NCBI GenBank assembly: GCA_963825055.1
Contig: CAWGSK010000012.1
Span: forward strand, 512,001-576,000
DNA length: 64,000 nucleotides
Direction of reading: 5' to 3'
Source of the DNA: an uncultured Gemmatimonadales bacterium
GTDB taxonomy: Bacteria > Gemmatimonadota > Gemmatimonadetes > Gemmatimonadales > GWC2-71-9
The position numbers and the translations under genes are program-made. The notes below the pieces were generated by a model. The model searched no databases, was not told where the DNA came from, and was given only the letters and a program-made list of their open reading frames with translations. The first letter of the stretch is position 1. Each line of letters begins with the position of its first letter. Below, one piece after another: positions 23,289 through 34,486 of the stretch.

Positions 23289-23599
23289 TCGGGGGCTTTC
23301 TTCGAGGGTTTGCTCGACTCGGCTTTCGTCTCGGCTTTCTTCTCGGGCTTGTCGGACTTGGCGCCCGCATCGGTGCCGCCGGACTTCTCGGACTTGTCCG
23401 CCTTCCGGGGGCCCTTGCCGTCCTTGCCGTAATCCGTGATGTAGAAGCCGCTCCCCTTGAAGACCAGCCCGGCGCCGCCGGAAATCTGGCGCGTCGCCTG
23501 CTTCCCGCACTCGGGGCAGCGGGCCTTCGGGGGGTCGGTCATCTTCTGGAACTTCTCGAAGGTATGACCGGCAGGGCACAGGTATTCGTACGTGGGCAT
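23285..23599 (-). CDS. FmdB family zinc-ribbon protein
   Basis: MPTYEYLCPAGHTFE...CPECG...FKGSGFYITDY followed by a Lys/Glu-rich tail. Confidence 0.9.
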   Translation of the reverse strand: MPTYEYLCPAGHTFEKFQKMTDPPKARCPECGKQATRQISGGAGLVFKGSGFYITDYGKDGKGPRKADKSEKSGGTDAGAKSDKPEKKAETKAESSKPSKKAPE

Positions 23600-23707
23600 G
23601 CCATCCTCAGTCAGGGGCCAGACACAGCCTTTAAGTATAGCGGCCCCGGGGCCGGCTCGGGAGCGTGCCAGCACAGCGCCTTGAGGGGGGGACGGGATCT
23701 CGAAACG

Positions 23708-23737
23708 ACTTGAGGTCCGCGGAAGCGGACCTCAAGT
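23708..23737. terminator. Perfect 13-bp hairpin, likely terminator downstream of the mutase gene
   Basis: ACTTGAGGTCCGC-GGAA-GCGGACCTCAAGT, with short T-runs on both strands. Confidence 0.6.
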
Positions 23738-23765
23738 ATTTTCCCGGCGGCCATCTCGAATCCCA

Positions 23766-25331
23766 TTACTGATAAATGCCCCATTGGGTCCGCAGCGTGT
23801 CACTGATTTCCCCCAGCGTTGCCCGCGCCCGGACGGCCTCTACGATCAGTGGCATGAGGGGGAGGGCCTCCTCGCCGGCAGCGGACGCGATCGCCTCCAG
23901 GGTTCCGCGGACCCTGGATTCATCCCGCGCCTCGCGGGCCGCCCGGACGCGTTCCACCTGCCGGGCCCCGAGCGCGGAGAAATCCGGGAGCTCGATTCTC
24001 CCGGCTGTGGAATCGTCCGTGAACCGGTTGACGCCCACCACGGCCACCTCCCCCGCCTCCTGCGCCTGCTGGAGCGCCCAGGCACTCCGGGCGATCCGCT
24101 CCTGGAAGAAGCCCTGCTCGATGGCCCGCGCCGCGCCGCCGAGGGCGTCCACCTCCGCAATGAGCTCCCGCGCTGCGCGTTCGATGTCGTCGGTGAGCCG
24201 CTCGACGTACCAGCTGCCCGCCAGCGGGTCTACCGTGCGGTCCATGCCGCTTTCGTGGGCCAGGATCTGCTGGGTCCTCAATGCGAGTGTGGCGGACTCT
24301 TCGGTGGGCAGGGCAAGCGCCTCGTCGTAGCCGTTGGTATGGAGCGACTGGGTGCCGCCGAGCACCGCGGCCAGGGCCTGGACAGTTACCCGGACCACGT
24401 TGTTGAGCGGCTGCTGGGCCTGGAGGGTCACCCCGCCCGTCTGGGTGTGGAACCGGAGCCTCGCCGTGCGATCGTCTCCACCGAAGCGCTCCCGGACGAT
24501 CCTGGCCCACAGCCGCCGCGCGGCCCGGAACTTCGCCGCTTCCTCGAAGAGGTCGTTGTGGGCGGCGAAGAAGAACGAGAGTTGCGGCCCGAAACTGTCC
24601 ACCGGGAGTCCGGCGGCAGTGGCCCGGGTCACGTACTCGATGGCGTTGGAGAGGGTGAACGCCACTTCCTGGACCGCGGTTGCACCCGCCTCGCGCATGT
24701 GGTAACCGCTGATGGAAATGGGATTGAACTTCATCCCTTCATCGGCGATGAAGCGGAAGATGTCCGTAACCAGCCTGAGCGAAGGCTCGGCGGGATAGAT
24801 GTACGTCCCGCGCGCGATGTACTCCTTGAGCACGTCGTTCTGCACGGTTCCCGTCAGTTTGTCCCGCGCAATCCCGCGCTCCTCCCCCACGACGATGTAC
24901 ATCGCCAGCAGGATGGCTGCCGTGGCGTTGATGGTCATGGAGGTGGAGACCTGGTCGAGCGGAATGTCCCGGAAGAGAACGGCCAGGTCGTCCACCGTGT
25001 CGATCGCCACGCCCACCCGGCCCACCTCGCCCCGGGCCATCGGGTGGTCCGAGTCGTACCCCATCTGGGTCGGCAGGTCGAACGCGGTGGAGAGGCCCGA
25101 CTGGCCGGCTTCCAGCAGGTGGCGGAACCGGTCGTTGGTCTCCTGGGCGGTGCCGAAGCCGGCATACTGGCGCATGGTCCAGAGCCGGTCGGTGTACATC
25201 GAGGGGTAGATCCCGCGCGTGTAGGGCCATGCGCCGGGCTCGCCCAGGTCGCGGGCGGGATCGCCGTTCCAGTCGGCCGGGCCGTATACGCGCTGCACCG
25301 GCAGCACCGCGGGGGAAGGCGCGCGGCTCAC
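23766..25331 (-). CDS. Methylmalonyl-CoA mutase-family substrate-binding subunit (no B12-binding domain)
   Basis: [49 protein letters not shown]; ends without a DxHxxG domain. Confidence 0.92.
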   Translation of the reverse strand: MSRAPSPAVLPVQRVYGPADWNGDPARDLGEPGAWPYTRGIYPSMYTDRLWTMRQYAGFGTAQETNDRFRHLLEAGQSGLSTAFDLPTQMGYDSDHPMARGEVGRVGVAIDTVDDLAVLFRDIPLDQVSTSMTINATAAILLAMYIVVGEERGIARDKLTGTVQNDVLKEYIARGTYIYPAEPSLRLVTDIFRFIADEGMKFNPISISGYHMREAGATAVQEVAFTLSNAIEYVTRATAAGLPVDSFGPQLSFFFAAHNDLFEEAAKFRAARRLWARIVRERFGGDDRTARLRFHTQTGGVTLQAQQPLNNVVRVTVQALAAVLGGTQSLHTNGYDEALALPTEESATLALRTQQILAHESGMDRTVDPLAGSWYVERLTDDIERAARELIAEVDALGGAARAIEQGFFQERIARSAWALQQAQEAGEVAVVGVNRFTDDSTAGRIELPDFSALGARQVERVRAAREARDESRVRGTLEAIASAAGEEALPLMPLIVEAVRARATLGEISDTLRTQWGIYQ

Positions 25332-26347
25332 GCGGTGGTCTCCTCCAGCGTGCGACGCACATAGGCCACGTCGTCGCGGCAGCCAATGACGAGCGGTGTG
25401 CGCTGGTGCAACCCCTCCGGCCGGATATCCAGGATGCGCCGCCGCCCGTCGGTCGCGGCCCCGCCGGCCTGCTCGGCCAGGAACGCCAGCGGCGCGGCCT
25501 CGTACAGGAGACGGAGCTTGCCATTCGTGTTGCGGGTATCCGCGGGGTACATGAAGATCCCGCCAGCAACCATGTTGCGGTGAAAATCGGCGACCAGCGC
25601 GCCGATGTAGCGGCTGTTCTTCCCCTTGATCACGTCGGGCCGGTCGCCGTGGAAGCCCCGGACCGCCTGCTGCACGCCACGATCCCAGCGGGCAAAATTG
25701 CTCTCGTTGACGCTGTAGTACCTGCCGCAGGCGGGCATGCTGATCCGGGGATGCGAGAGCAGGAACTCGCCAATGGACGGGTCGAGCGTGAAGCCATGCA
25801 CCCCCTGCCCCGTGGTATACACCATCATGGTGCTCGAGCCGTACATCACGTACCCCGCCGCCACCTGCGCACTCCCCGGCTGGAGCAGGTCCTCCAGGCT
25901 TCCCCTGCCTTCGAGCGACACGCGACGGTAGATGCTGAAGATGGTACCGACAGAGGAGTTCACGTCGATGTTGGACGAGCCGTCAAGCGGATCGAACAGG
26001 ACCGTGTACTTGCCCACCGGGAACTCCGGGGGGATCCGGATCGGCTCCTCGTCCTCCTCGGACGCCATGACGCAGACCCGCCCCGTGTGGGTCAGCGAGT
26101 CCTTGATGGTCTCGTTGGCAAAGATATCCAGCTTCTGCTGTTCCTCCCCCTGCACGTTCTCGGTGCCGGCACTGCCCAGAATGTTGACCAGGCCGGCCCG
26201 GCGGATCGCCGCCGCGATCACCTTGGACGCGAATGCGAAGTCATAGAGCAACTCGGACAGCTCGCCGGTCGCCTCGGGATACTGGCGCTCCTGGTTGACG
26301 ATGAAGCGCTCGATGGTCATGCGGTGGTTGATGAGTTCGGACGACAC
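25328..26347 (-). CDS. fbp: Fructose-1,6-bisphosphatase class 1
   Basis: [29 protein letters not shown]. Confidence 0.96.
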   Translation of the reverse strand: MSSELINHRMTIERFIVNQERQYPEATGELSELLYDFAFASKVIAAAIRRAGLVNILGSAGTENVQGEEQQKLDIFANETIKDSLTHTGRVCVMASEEDEEPIRIPPEFPVGKYTVLFDPLDGSSNIDVNSSVGTIFSIYRRVSLEGRGSLEDLLQPGSAQVAAGYVMYGSSTMMVYTTGQGVHGFTLDPSIGEFLLSHPRISMPACGRYYSVNESNFARWDRGVQQAVRGFHGDRPDVIKGKNSRYIGALVADFHRNMVAGGIFMYPADTRNTNGKLRLLYEAAPLAFLAEQAGGAATDGRRRILDIRPEGLHQRTPLVIGCRDDVAYVRRTLEETTA

Positions 26348-26359
26348 GCCTCGCTCCGT

Positions 26360-28600
26360 TCAGAAGTGGGTCTGCCGCCCTCCCCGGCCGGAGGCGGCCG
26401 GAAAGGACATAGTGCCGCTGTCTCCCTCGATGGTGACCATGCTGCCGTCGGTCCGCACCACCACGGGCGCCCGCCGGGTGGTCCACGTCCGCACCTCATG
26501 CCGCGCCAGCCGGGCGACGGTGGCGGCCGCGGGGTGGCCGTACCGGTTCCGGCCGAAGCTCAGGATCGCCGCCGTGGGTCGTAACTCATCCAGCCAGGCG
26601 TCCCCCGTACTGCCGGCCGAACCGTGATGGCCGGCCTTCAGGATATCCACGTGGCCGATCCGGCCGGCCAGGGTCGATTCGGCAGGGAATCCCGCGTCGC
26701 CCGCCAGCAACGCTTCAAAGTTCCGCCAGGTCAGGCGGAGGACGAGGGAATCCTCGTTCAGGTCCTCGCCCCACTCCGCCCACAGGGTATCCGGATGAAG
26801 CACCTCGAACGACACGCCGTCCACGGCAAAGGCAAGACCGGCTCTGGCCACGCGCCACGGAACCCCGGCGCGGTCCACGAAATCAAGCAGGCTCCGATAG
26901 GCGCTGTCCGGAGTCTGGTCACCCGGATCGAGCATGAGGCCCACCGGAACGCCCGACAGGACCGCCGGCAGTCCCCCGAAATGGTCGGCGTGCGCGTGGG
27001 ACAGTATGACGGCCGAGAGCCGACGCACGCCCAGTCGCCGGAGAACCGGGACCAGCGGCGGGCCGGCGGGAGGTGGCGGGCCGGCATCGACCAGCACCCA
27101 GTGGTGTCCCGGCGTACGGATGAGGGTCGCGTCCCCTTGCCCGACCCGGAGAAAATGTAACGCCAGCGGCGCCGCATCGTGAGCGTGCCGCACGGCGCCG
27201 ATCACGCCGAGCCAGGCCAGGGCGCTGAGGCCAGCCGCGACACGACGGAGGGCGAGGCCGGGGGGATGTTTGCGCCCGGTGGCCCAGACGGCGGTCAGGA
27301 GCAGTCCGGCCCAGGGGAGAGCCGGCAGGAGGCCCGGTTCGACGCGCAGGTGCCCGGCGGGGATCCGTGCGCCCAGGGCAGCCACGGCGTCCAGTGCTTC
27401 CAGCACGAGCCCCGCCGCGGTCGCCAGCCCGTCCGCCAGCGGTGGAAGCGCCAGGGACAGCACGAGGCTTCCGAAGAGCGCGGGGACGGCGAGAGCTGCC
27501 AGCGGGATCGCCACGAGGTTGACGAAGACACCGACCGGCGCCACGGCCCCGAGGGCCCAGGCCGTAATCGGCGCCGTGGCCAGGGTCGCCCCGGCCGACG
27601 CCGCCAGGGTCCGCCCAGCGGTCCGGGCCCCGCAGGCGTGCCCGGCCCAGCGCGAGAATCGGACTGTGCCCCAGACAGCGCCGATGGACAGCATCGCGCC
27701 GAGCGTCGTGGCTGAACGCGGGGCGATGGTGAAAAGGATGAGCCAGGCTACGGAGAGCATCGCCGCCGGCTCGACCCGGCGCTGCCGGTAGCGGCACCAG
27801 GCGAGGAGCCCCAGGAGTGCGGCTGCGCGCGTGGCGGGGGCCGGCCATCCGATGAAGGCGACGTATCCCACGGCGCCCATCACGGCCCCGATGGTGGCGC
27901 GCCCGGGATCCAGCCGGCAGAGGCGCAGTAGCAGGAAGCACCAGCCCGCGATGATACCCACGTGGAACCCGGAGATGCAGAGGAGGTGCACGATACCCGC
28001 AGCCGCCCAGCGGTCGCGGGTATCGCGGTCCAGGTCGGCGCGGCGGTTCAGGACGATCGCATCCACCAGCCCCGCGCGGCTGCCGTAGAGCTCCTTCGTC
28101 GCGCGGGCCAGCCGGGTCCGGAGGCGCGAAACGATCCCTGGAGCCCCGGGCCGGCGTTCTGCCCGGCCGGCGAGCAGCACGCCGTCTCGACTGGACGCGG
28201 ACGGAGGCACCCACCGGCCGGTCACGCGCCACACGGTACCGGCCGCCGCGTCATCCTTCACCCATCGCGCGGTGATGGCACCGTGACAACCGGACGAGCG
28301 GGGACGGAATGCCACGCTGCCACCGCCGTCCGCCGGGCCTTCGAGTTTCCCTGCGAGCGTGACCTCTCCTGCCGGGAGCACGTTCCGGCAGTGGGTCGCG
28401 TCGCGGGCCGATACGAAACCGGCGGCAACCCGCCCGGCGAGGGCCGCGGCGGGCACCAGCATGGCAGGGCGGCCCCGGAGGAGTGCCGTCGCGGCAACAA
28501 GCAGGAACGGGACCATCCGTGCGTCGCCGACATGCGAAAGGCCGGTCGCGAGACCGGCCCAGTATGCCATCAGCGTGGGAATCACGGGCCGGGGGCGCAT
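26360..28600 (-). CDS. comEC: DNA internalization competence protein ComEC/Rec2
   Basis: HLLCISGFHV competence motif; metallo-beta-lactamase domain VGQGD, SHAHADH, KAGHHGS, NRYGHP. Confidence 0.92.
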   Translation of the reverse strand: MRPRPVIPTLMAYWAGLATGLSHVGDARMVPFLLVAATALLRGRPAMLVPAAALAGRVAAGFVSARDATHCRNVLPAGEVTLAGKLEGPADGGGSVAFRPRSSGCHGAITARWVKDDAAAGTVWRVTGRWVPPSASSRDGVLLAGRAERRPGAPGIVSRLRTRLARATKELYGSRAGLVDAIVLNRRADLDRDTRDRWAAAGIVHLLCISGFHVGIIAGWCFLLLRLCRLDPGRATIGAVMGAVGYVAFIGWPAPATRAAALLGLLAWCRYRQRRVEPAAMLSVAWLILFTIAPRSATTLGAMLSIGAVWGTVRFSRWAGHACGARTAGRTLAASAGATLATAPITAWALGAVAPVGVFVNLVAIPLAALAVPALFGSLVLSLALPPLADGLATAAGLVLEALDAVAALGARIPAGHLRVEPGLLPALPWAGLLLTAVWATGRKHPPGLALRRVAAGLSALAWLGVIGAVRHAHDAAPLALHFLRVGQGDATLIRTPGHHWVLVDAGPPPPAGPPLVPVLRRLGVRRLSAVILSHAHADHFGGLPAVLSGVPVGLMLDPGDQTPDSAYRSLLDFVDRAGVPWRVARAGLAFAVDGVSFEVLHPDTLWAEWGEDLNEDSLVLRLTWRNFEALLAGDAGFPAESTLAGRIGHVDILKAGHHGSAGSTGDAWLDELRPTAAILSFGRNRYGHPAAATVARLARHEVRTWTTRRAPVVVRTDGSMVTIEGDSGTMSFPAASGRGGRQTHF

Positions 28601-28625
28601 CAGGGCGCCACCGGCCGAGGCAGGA

Positions 28626-28909
28626 TCAGGCGGGCGCCCCCCTGCCCTGCCGGCCGCAGCGGGGAGAGAGGGAGACCTTCCGCATCGCCTCCATCACGGT
28701 AACCTCGATGTTGGTGCGTGACTGGTCGCCATCGAGGTTGAGCTCGGTCAGCACCTGGCCCTCGCGGCTCGCGACGTAGCGCGCGGGCACCCGGTTGAGC
28801 GCATAGACCAGCACGTCCGCCCGGCAGATCTCGCACCCGCAGAATTCCGGAAAGTGCGATTGCATCTGGTTGTAGGCCGCAATGATGTGCTCTTCCACCA
28901 GGTTCCGGA

Positions 28910-28913
<4 letters not shown>
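28626..28913 (-). CDS. comFB: ComFB-family protein (putative cyclic-dinucleotide receptor)
   Basis: NLVEE...CGCEICRADVLVYALNRVPARYV pattern typical of ComFB. Confidence 0.8.
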
Positions 28914-30220
<1,307 letters not shown>

Positions 30221-30244
30221 GGGAGGAAGATAAGGCGGCGGTGA

Positions 30245-31399
30245 CTACTGGGACAGCGACGGCCGCAGCGTGACGCCCAGGACAAGCAGCCAGGCGGACT
30301 CGGTGTGGCCACCGTCCGCGCGGCGCCAGGCCCGCTCCAGGGCGAGGTCCATGCCCCCGCGCTCGGCGGCGAAACGGAACCCGGTCCCGATGCTGGCACT
30401 GACCTCGTGCGGCTGGTTGCCGGGCGTCAGGGGAAACGGCAGCTGGGCATACCGGATGCCGACCCGGACCGGCCGCCGGGTCGGGCGGCGGGGATCGGGG
30501 AGGTACTCGGCGCCGGCCGACAGCTCCAGCGTGTTCTTCGAGCCGAGGCCGCCCGCCACGATCAGGTCGCTGTTGGCCCCGGACCACGTGCGGTAGGTCC
30601 CCTGCCCGGCCAGCGTGAGCGACGGGGACATCCGGTAGTACAGGCCGGCCGCCAGGGTGTATGGCAGGTCAACGGAATAGGCCCGGGTGGAGTCCCGGTC
30701 GACGTTGGCCTTCACGTCGCTCCGGGCGAGCAGGGCCACGCTCAGGTTGTTGCGCACGAAGCCCTGCACGCCCACGGAAACCCCATACCCCGCGTAGCTC
30801 AGCTCGGCGCGCTCGGAACTCGTGGCAAACGCGGAGTCCTCGAACGCGCGGCGGACGTGGAGCCGGTTGCTGCCGGTGATGACGTGGATGCCGGCGCCGA
30901 TAGTCCAGCGCGGGCTCAGGGTGTAGCTGCCCGCGGCGCGGATCTCGTTGAGTCCGCCAAGCGAGAAGAAGCTGTCGGAGACCGCGGTCGGTACCCCGCG
31001 GATGTCGATGGTGTCCTGCGAGACCAGGGTGTAGTCCCGGTCGGCGTAACTGCCGAAGCTGAGCCCGAGGTTCACCCGACCGCCGGGAATCGGCCCGCCC
31101 ACCAGGAGGAGCGGGAACTGCGTGTCGCGGAGCCCGTCATGGCCGGCCGGGGTGGTGACGCTCCGCCATTCCGGGACCACCACGAAGTTGGCCGTCAGGG
31201 TGCGAAGGTTGCCCAGTGAAGCCGGGTTCTGGCTGGATTCACCGTCGAACAGCCCGGTGGCGCCGGACAGGCCCCACGCGTGGGCCGAGATGTTCCGGCC
31301 GGGGAACCCGAGCCCGCGGACGCCGAAGACGCTGGCCTGGGCGGCGAGGGCGGCAGGCAGCAGGACAAGGAGGAGCAGGGCGAGGGATGCGCGTCGCAC
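30245..31399 (-). CDS. Putative outer-membrane beta-barrel protein (FadL-like)
   Basis: Signal peptide ending ALAAQ, N-terminal NPASL motif seen in FadL-type barrels, amphipathic strands. Confidence 0.55.
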   Translation of the reverse strand: MRRASLALLLLVLLPAALAAQASVFGVRGLGFPGRNISAHAWGLSGATGLFDGESSQNPASLGNLRTLTANFVVVPEWRSVTTPAGHDGLRDTQFPLLLVGGPIPGGRVNLGLSFGSYADRDYTLVSQDTIDIRGVPTAVSDSFFSLGGLNEIRAAGSYTLSPRWTIGAGIHVITGSNRLHVRRAFEDSAFATSSERAELSYAGYGVSVGVQGFVRNNLSVALLARSDVKANVDRDSTRAYSVDLPYTLAAGLYYRMSPSLTLAGQGTYRTWSGANSDLIVAGGLGSKNTLELSAGAEYLPDPRRPTRRPVRVGIRYAQLPFPLTPGNQPHEVSASIGTGFRFAAERGGMDLALERAWRRADGGHTESAWLLVLGVTLRPSLSQ

Positions 31400-32656
31400 C
31401 TAGGGCCTCTCGAACGGGAAGTCGACCAGGTAACTGATCCGCAGCCGGGGGGCGGGTCCACCGGAGCGGGTGGATTCGAACACGGGTCGCATGAAGCTGG
31501 AGGCGACCGGGGTCACCTGCAGCATGAGCGCCTGCGGCAGGCTGTCGCCCGACTGCCAGAGTTGCACCACCGGCAGGATCTCCACCTTGACGGTATCCAT
31601 GCTGCCCTGTTCCAGGATCGTGCGACCGAGGCGTCCCGTGCTGATCAGGAGGGGTGACTTGGCCCCCAGATCGAGCAGGACGTTCCGGACTTCCAGCGCG
31701 GTCGAGTCCCCGGGCAGGCCCAGGAGCGGCGAGGCCGGGACGAGTTCGAGCGTGGCCCGCAACAGCGACGCGGAGTCCCGCAGAAACGGGGGTAGCGTGA
31801 AGCGGATGATCGAACGGGCGGTGGGCGCCCCCCCGACCGCCAGGAGGTCCGGGTCGAGCGCCGGCGGATTCCGGCTGACGAAACTGGTGAACTGCGGCCC
31901 GCGCACGATCAGCTGCTTCTGGAGACCCGTGTCGGCAATGGCAGCGTCCACGTAGCTGATGACAACGGGCGAGGTCCCGCTGGCGATGCTCCCGATGCGG
32001 ATGCCGGTAGGGCCGTCGGCCGCAATGGCAAGACCGAGGGCGATGCGCCCACTGTCGCCCGGCGGAATGGTCACGTTGGAAAGGCCCGCCCCGCTGTAGA
32101 GAAGGCGCAGGCCACCCGACCGCAGCGTATCCGCCACCATGATGCTGTCGAGCAGGTTGGCAGCCACGAGGGACGTGTCGATGTCTGCGAACGTGGTGGT
32201 GCTGTCGAGCGTCGGGGGAAGCCGGTACAGGAGCACCCGCAGGTTATGCACCGTCGTGTCCCGCGCCTGCAGGAAGAAGGAAATCGACAGCGAGTCCACG
32301 GTATAGCTTCGCAGCGTGTCGCGCACCAGGACCGAGTCGGGGAGCGGCAGGAACTGGATCAGGGCCCGGTCGTCGGAGGCGGCCAGGTTGTTGCTGACCC
32401 GGAGGGAGGCCCCCAGCCCCGGCTTGACGTACCCGACGTAGGCGCTGTCCTGGCCGAGGTCCGCGGTGATCACGGTGTCCAGCACCGTGGGCTGGCCGCC
32501 CGGACAGAGCGCGGGACAGTCGCCCGGCGCGGTCAGCTCATCGCGACAGGCCACGACCAGCAGCGCGAGCCCGAACAATCCCACGCCGAGCGGCAGGAAC
32601 CGCCGGGGCCGGAAGAACGAGGCCCGGCGCACCGGGCAGGCAGAGCTATCCGTCAT
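31400..32656 (-). CDS. Hypothetical lipoprotein, beta-rich (DUF4270-like architecture)
   Basis: Lipobox LVVAC, CPALCP, C-terminal PRLRISY; abuts the OMP gene. Confidence 0.6.
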   Translation of the reverse strand: MTDSSACPVRRASFFRPRRFLPLGVGLFGLALLVVACRDELTAPGDCPALCPGGQPTVLDTVITADLGQDSAYVGYVKPGLGASLRVSNNLAASDDRALIQFLPLPDSVLVRDTLRSYTVDSLSISFFLQARDTTVHNLRVLLYRLPPTLDSTTTFADIDTSLVAANLLDSIMVADTLRSGGLRLLYSGAGLSNVTIPPGDSGRIALGLAIAADGPTGIRIGSIASGTSPVVISYVDAAIADTGLQKQLIVRGPQFTSFVSRNPPALDPDLLAVGGAPTARSIIRFTLPPFLRDSASLLRATLELVPASPLLGLPGDSTALEVRNVLLDLGAKSPLLISTGRLGRTILEQGSMDTVKVEILPVVQLWQSGDSLPQALMLQVTPVASSFMRPVFESTRSGGPAPRLRISYLVDFPFERP

Positions 32657-32695
32657 ATGCAGAAAGATCCATGCATCCCGTGTGTCCCGTGAGTC

Positions 32696-33079
32696 CTACA
32701 GGTCCCGCTTGGTAAAGGCGTCGGGCAGGAGCTGATCCAGTGTCCAGGAGCGCTCGCCCGCCGGTCCGACTGCGCGGACCTCGAGGCCCGGGGCGAACTC
32801 CGACAACACCTGGCGACAGCCGCCGCAGGGCGCCGACGGCGGGTCCGCGTCAGTCACGACCACGATGCGGGTGAATCCCCGCGCCCCTGCGGTAACAGCC
32901 GCGCCCACCGCCATTCTTTCCGCGCAGATCGCGAGCGGATGCGCGGCGTTCTCCACATTACAGCCGGTGAAAATCCGGCCGTCGTCGGTCTCCAGGGCCG
33001 CCCCGACCCGGAACTTCGAGTAGGGCGCGTAGGCCTGTCGCTGCGCTGCCCTCGCGGCTTCCACCAGGCGGTCAATCAC
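32696..33079 (-). CDS. cdd: Cytidine deaminase
   Basis: AYAPYSKFRVGAAL, NVENA, CAE, PCGGCRQ; GTG 33079. Confidence 0.95.
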   Translation of the reverse strand: MIDRLVEAARAAQRQAYAPYSKFRVGAALETDDGRIFTGCNVENAAHPLAICAERMAVGAAVTAGARGFTRIVVVTDADPPSAPCGGCRQVLSEFAPGLEVRAVGPAGERSWTLDQLLPDAFTKRDL

Positions 33080-34238
33080 CCAGGACCTCACCAAGAAAGG
33101 ACGTACCGGCCCCGAGCGGGGCGGCGCCCAGGAACTCCGCCACCGTCTGGCCGATGTCGGCGAACGTCGCCCGCTCGCCGAGGGAGACCGGCTGTATCCG
33201 GGGACCGTACACCAGGAGCGGCACGACCTCCCGCGCATGGTCGCTCGACGCGGTGGTGGGGTCGTTGCCGTGATCGGCAGTAAGTATAACCATGTCGTCG
33301 CTTCGCACGGACTCCAGCAGCGCGGGAAGGGCACGGTCCAGCTCTCCGAGGCCGGCATGGAACCCGGCGACATCGTTGCGGTGTCCCCACGACTGGTCGA
33401 ACTCGATCACGTTCGCGAAGATCAGTCCCGTCTCGAGCGCCTCCAGTGCCTCGCGGAGCAGGCGGTAGGCATCGGCGTTCGTGGGCGTATGGACGCTGCT
33501 GATCCCCCGCCCCGCGAAGAGGTCGTCCACCTTGCCGACGCCGACCCGGGGGATGCCGTGAGCCGCGAGCGCGTCCAGCAGCGTGTCGCCCGGCGGCGCA
33601 ACGCTGTAGTCCCGTCGGCCGGACGTGCGCCGCCAGGCGCCGGGCGTGCCGATGAACGGCCGCGCGATCACGCGTGACACCGCGTGCTCCCCGGTGAGTA
33701 TCCCACGAGCGGCCTCGCAGGCGGCGTACAGTTCCGCGAGCGGCACGACTTCCTCGTGGGCCGCGACCTGGAAGACGCTGTCCGCTGAGGTATAGACGAT
33801 CCAGTCGCCCGTGCGGACATGCTCCTCGGCCAGCTCATCCAGAATGGCAGTGCCTGACGCAGCCCGGTTGCCGAGCACGCCGCGACCGGTCAGGCGAGTG
33901 AACTCTTCCACCACCACGGCCGGAAATCCGTCCGGGTAGGTGGGAAACGGCTCGGCCAGCCGGATCCCGCAGATCTCCCAGTGGCCCGTCGTGCTGTCCT
34001 TGCCGGGGCTCGCCGGCGCGCACGCGCCCCACGCGGCCCGCGGTTCCGCCACCGCTGCGATCCCCTGGAGGGGCCGGATGCGTCCCAGTCCCAGGCTTTC
34101 GAGGACCGGCAGGTGCAGCCCGCCGACAGCGCGTGCCACGTTGCCGAGGGTGTCACTCCCGGCGTCCCCGTACCGGTCGGTATCGGGCGCGGGTCCGATC
34201 CCGAGACCATCGAGCACGATGATCGCCGCGCGGCGCAT
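33072..34238 (-). CDS. deoB: Phosphopentomutase
   Basis: VLDGLGIG, GKDSTTGHWE, YTSADSVFQ, GHRND, TADHGNDP. Confidence 0.96.
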   Translation of the reverse strand: MRRAAIIVLDGLGIGPAPDTDRYGDAGSDTLGNVARAVGGLHLPVLESLGLGRIRPLQGIAAVAEPRAAWGACAPASPGKDSTTGHWEICGIRLAEPFPTYPDGFPAVVVEEFTRLTGRGVLGNRAASGTAILDELAEEHVRTGDWIVYTSADSVFQVAAHEEVVPLAELYAACEAARGILTGEHAVSRVIARPFIGTPGAWRRTSGRRDYSVAPPGDTLLDALAAHGIPRVGVGKVDDLFAGRGISSVHTPTNADAYRLLREALEALETGLIFANVIEFDQSWGHRNDVAGFHAGLGELDRALPALLESVRSDDMVILTADHGNDPTTASSDHAREVVPLLVYGPRIQPVSLGERATFADIGQTVAEFLGAAPLGAGTSFLGEVLGD

Positions 34239-34486
34239 CAGCCCTTCGGCTCGCTCTGGACAAAACGGAACCGAAGCCCCGTGATCAGGTCATCGAGCAG
34301 TTTCTGCTCATCCTGGTCAAGCTGTCCAGCTGTCTTCTCCTGCAGCATGCCCAGCGTATCGATCATGGTACGGGCCATGTCGCGCACGGAGGTGCCCTCG
34401 GGCAGTCCCTCCGGGGCCTGGCCCTGGATGAGTCCCTCGGCCTGCTGGCCGATACCGATAACGAGCGACGCGAACAATGGGTTCAT
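34238..34486 (-). CDS. DUF1844-family protein
   Basis: ARTMIDTLGMLQEKTAGQLDQDEQKLLDDLITGLRFRFV; ATG 34486 overlaps the alr stop. Confidence 0.8.
   Translation of the reverse strand: MNPLFASLVIGIGQQAEGLIQGQAPEGLPEGTSVRDMARTMIDTLGMLQEKTAGQLDQDEQKLLDDLITGLRFRFVQSEPKG

Noticed and set aside
23655..23675. TGGCACG sigma54-like -24 element (minus strand)
   Set aside because: No GC at the -12 position with correct spacing
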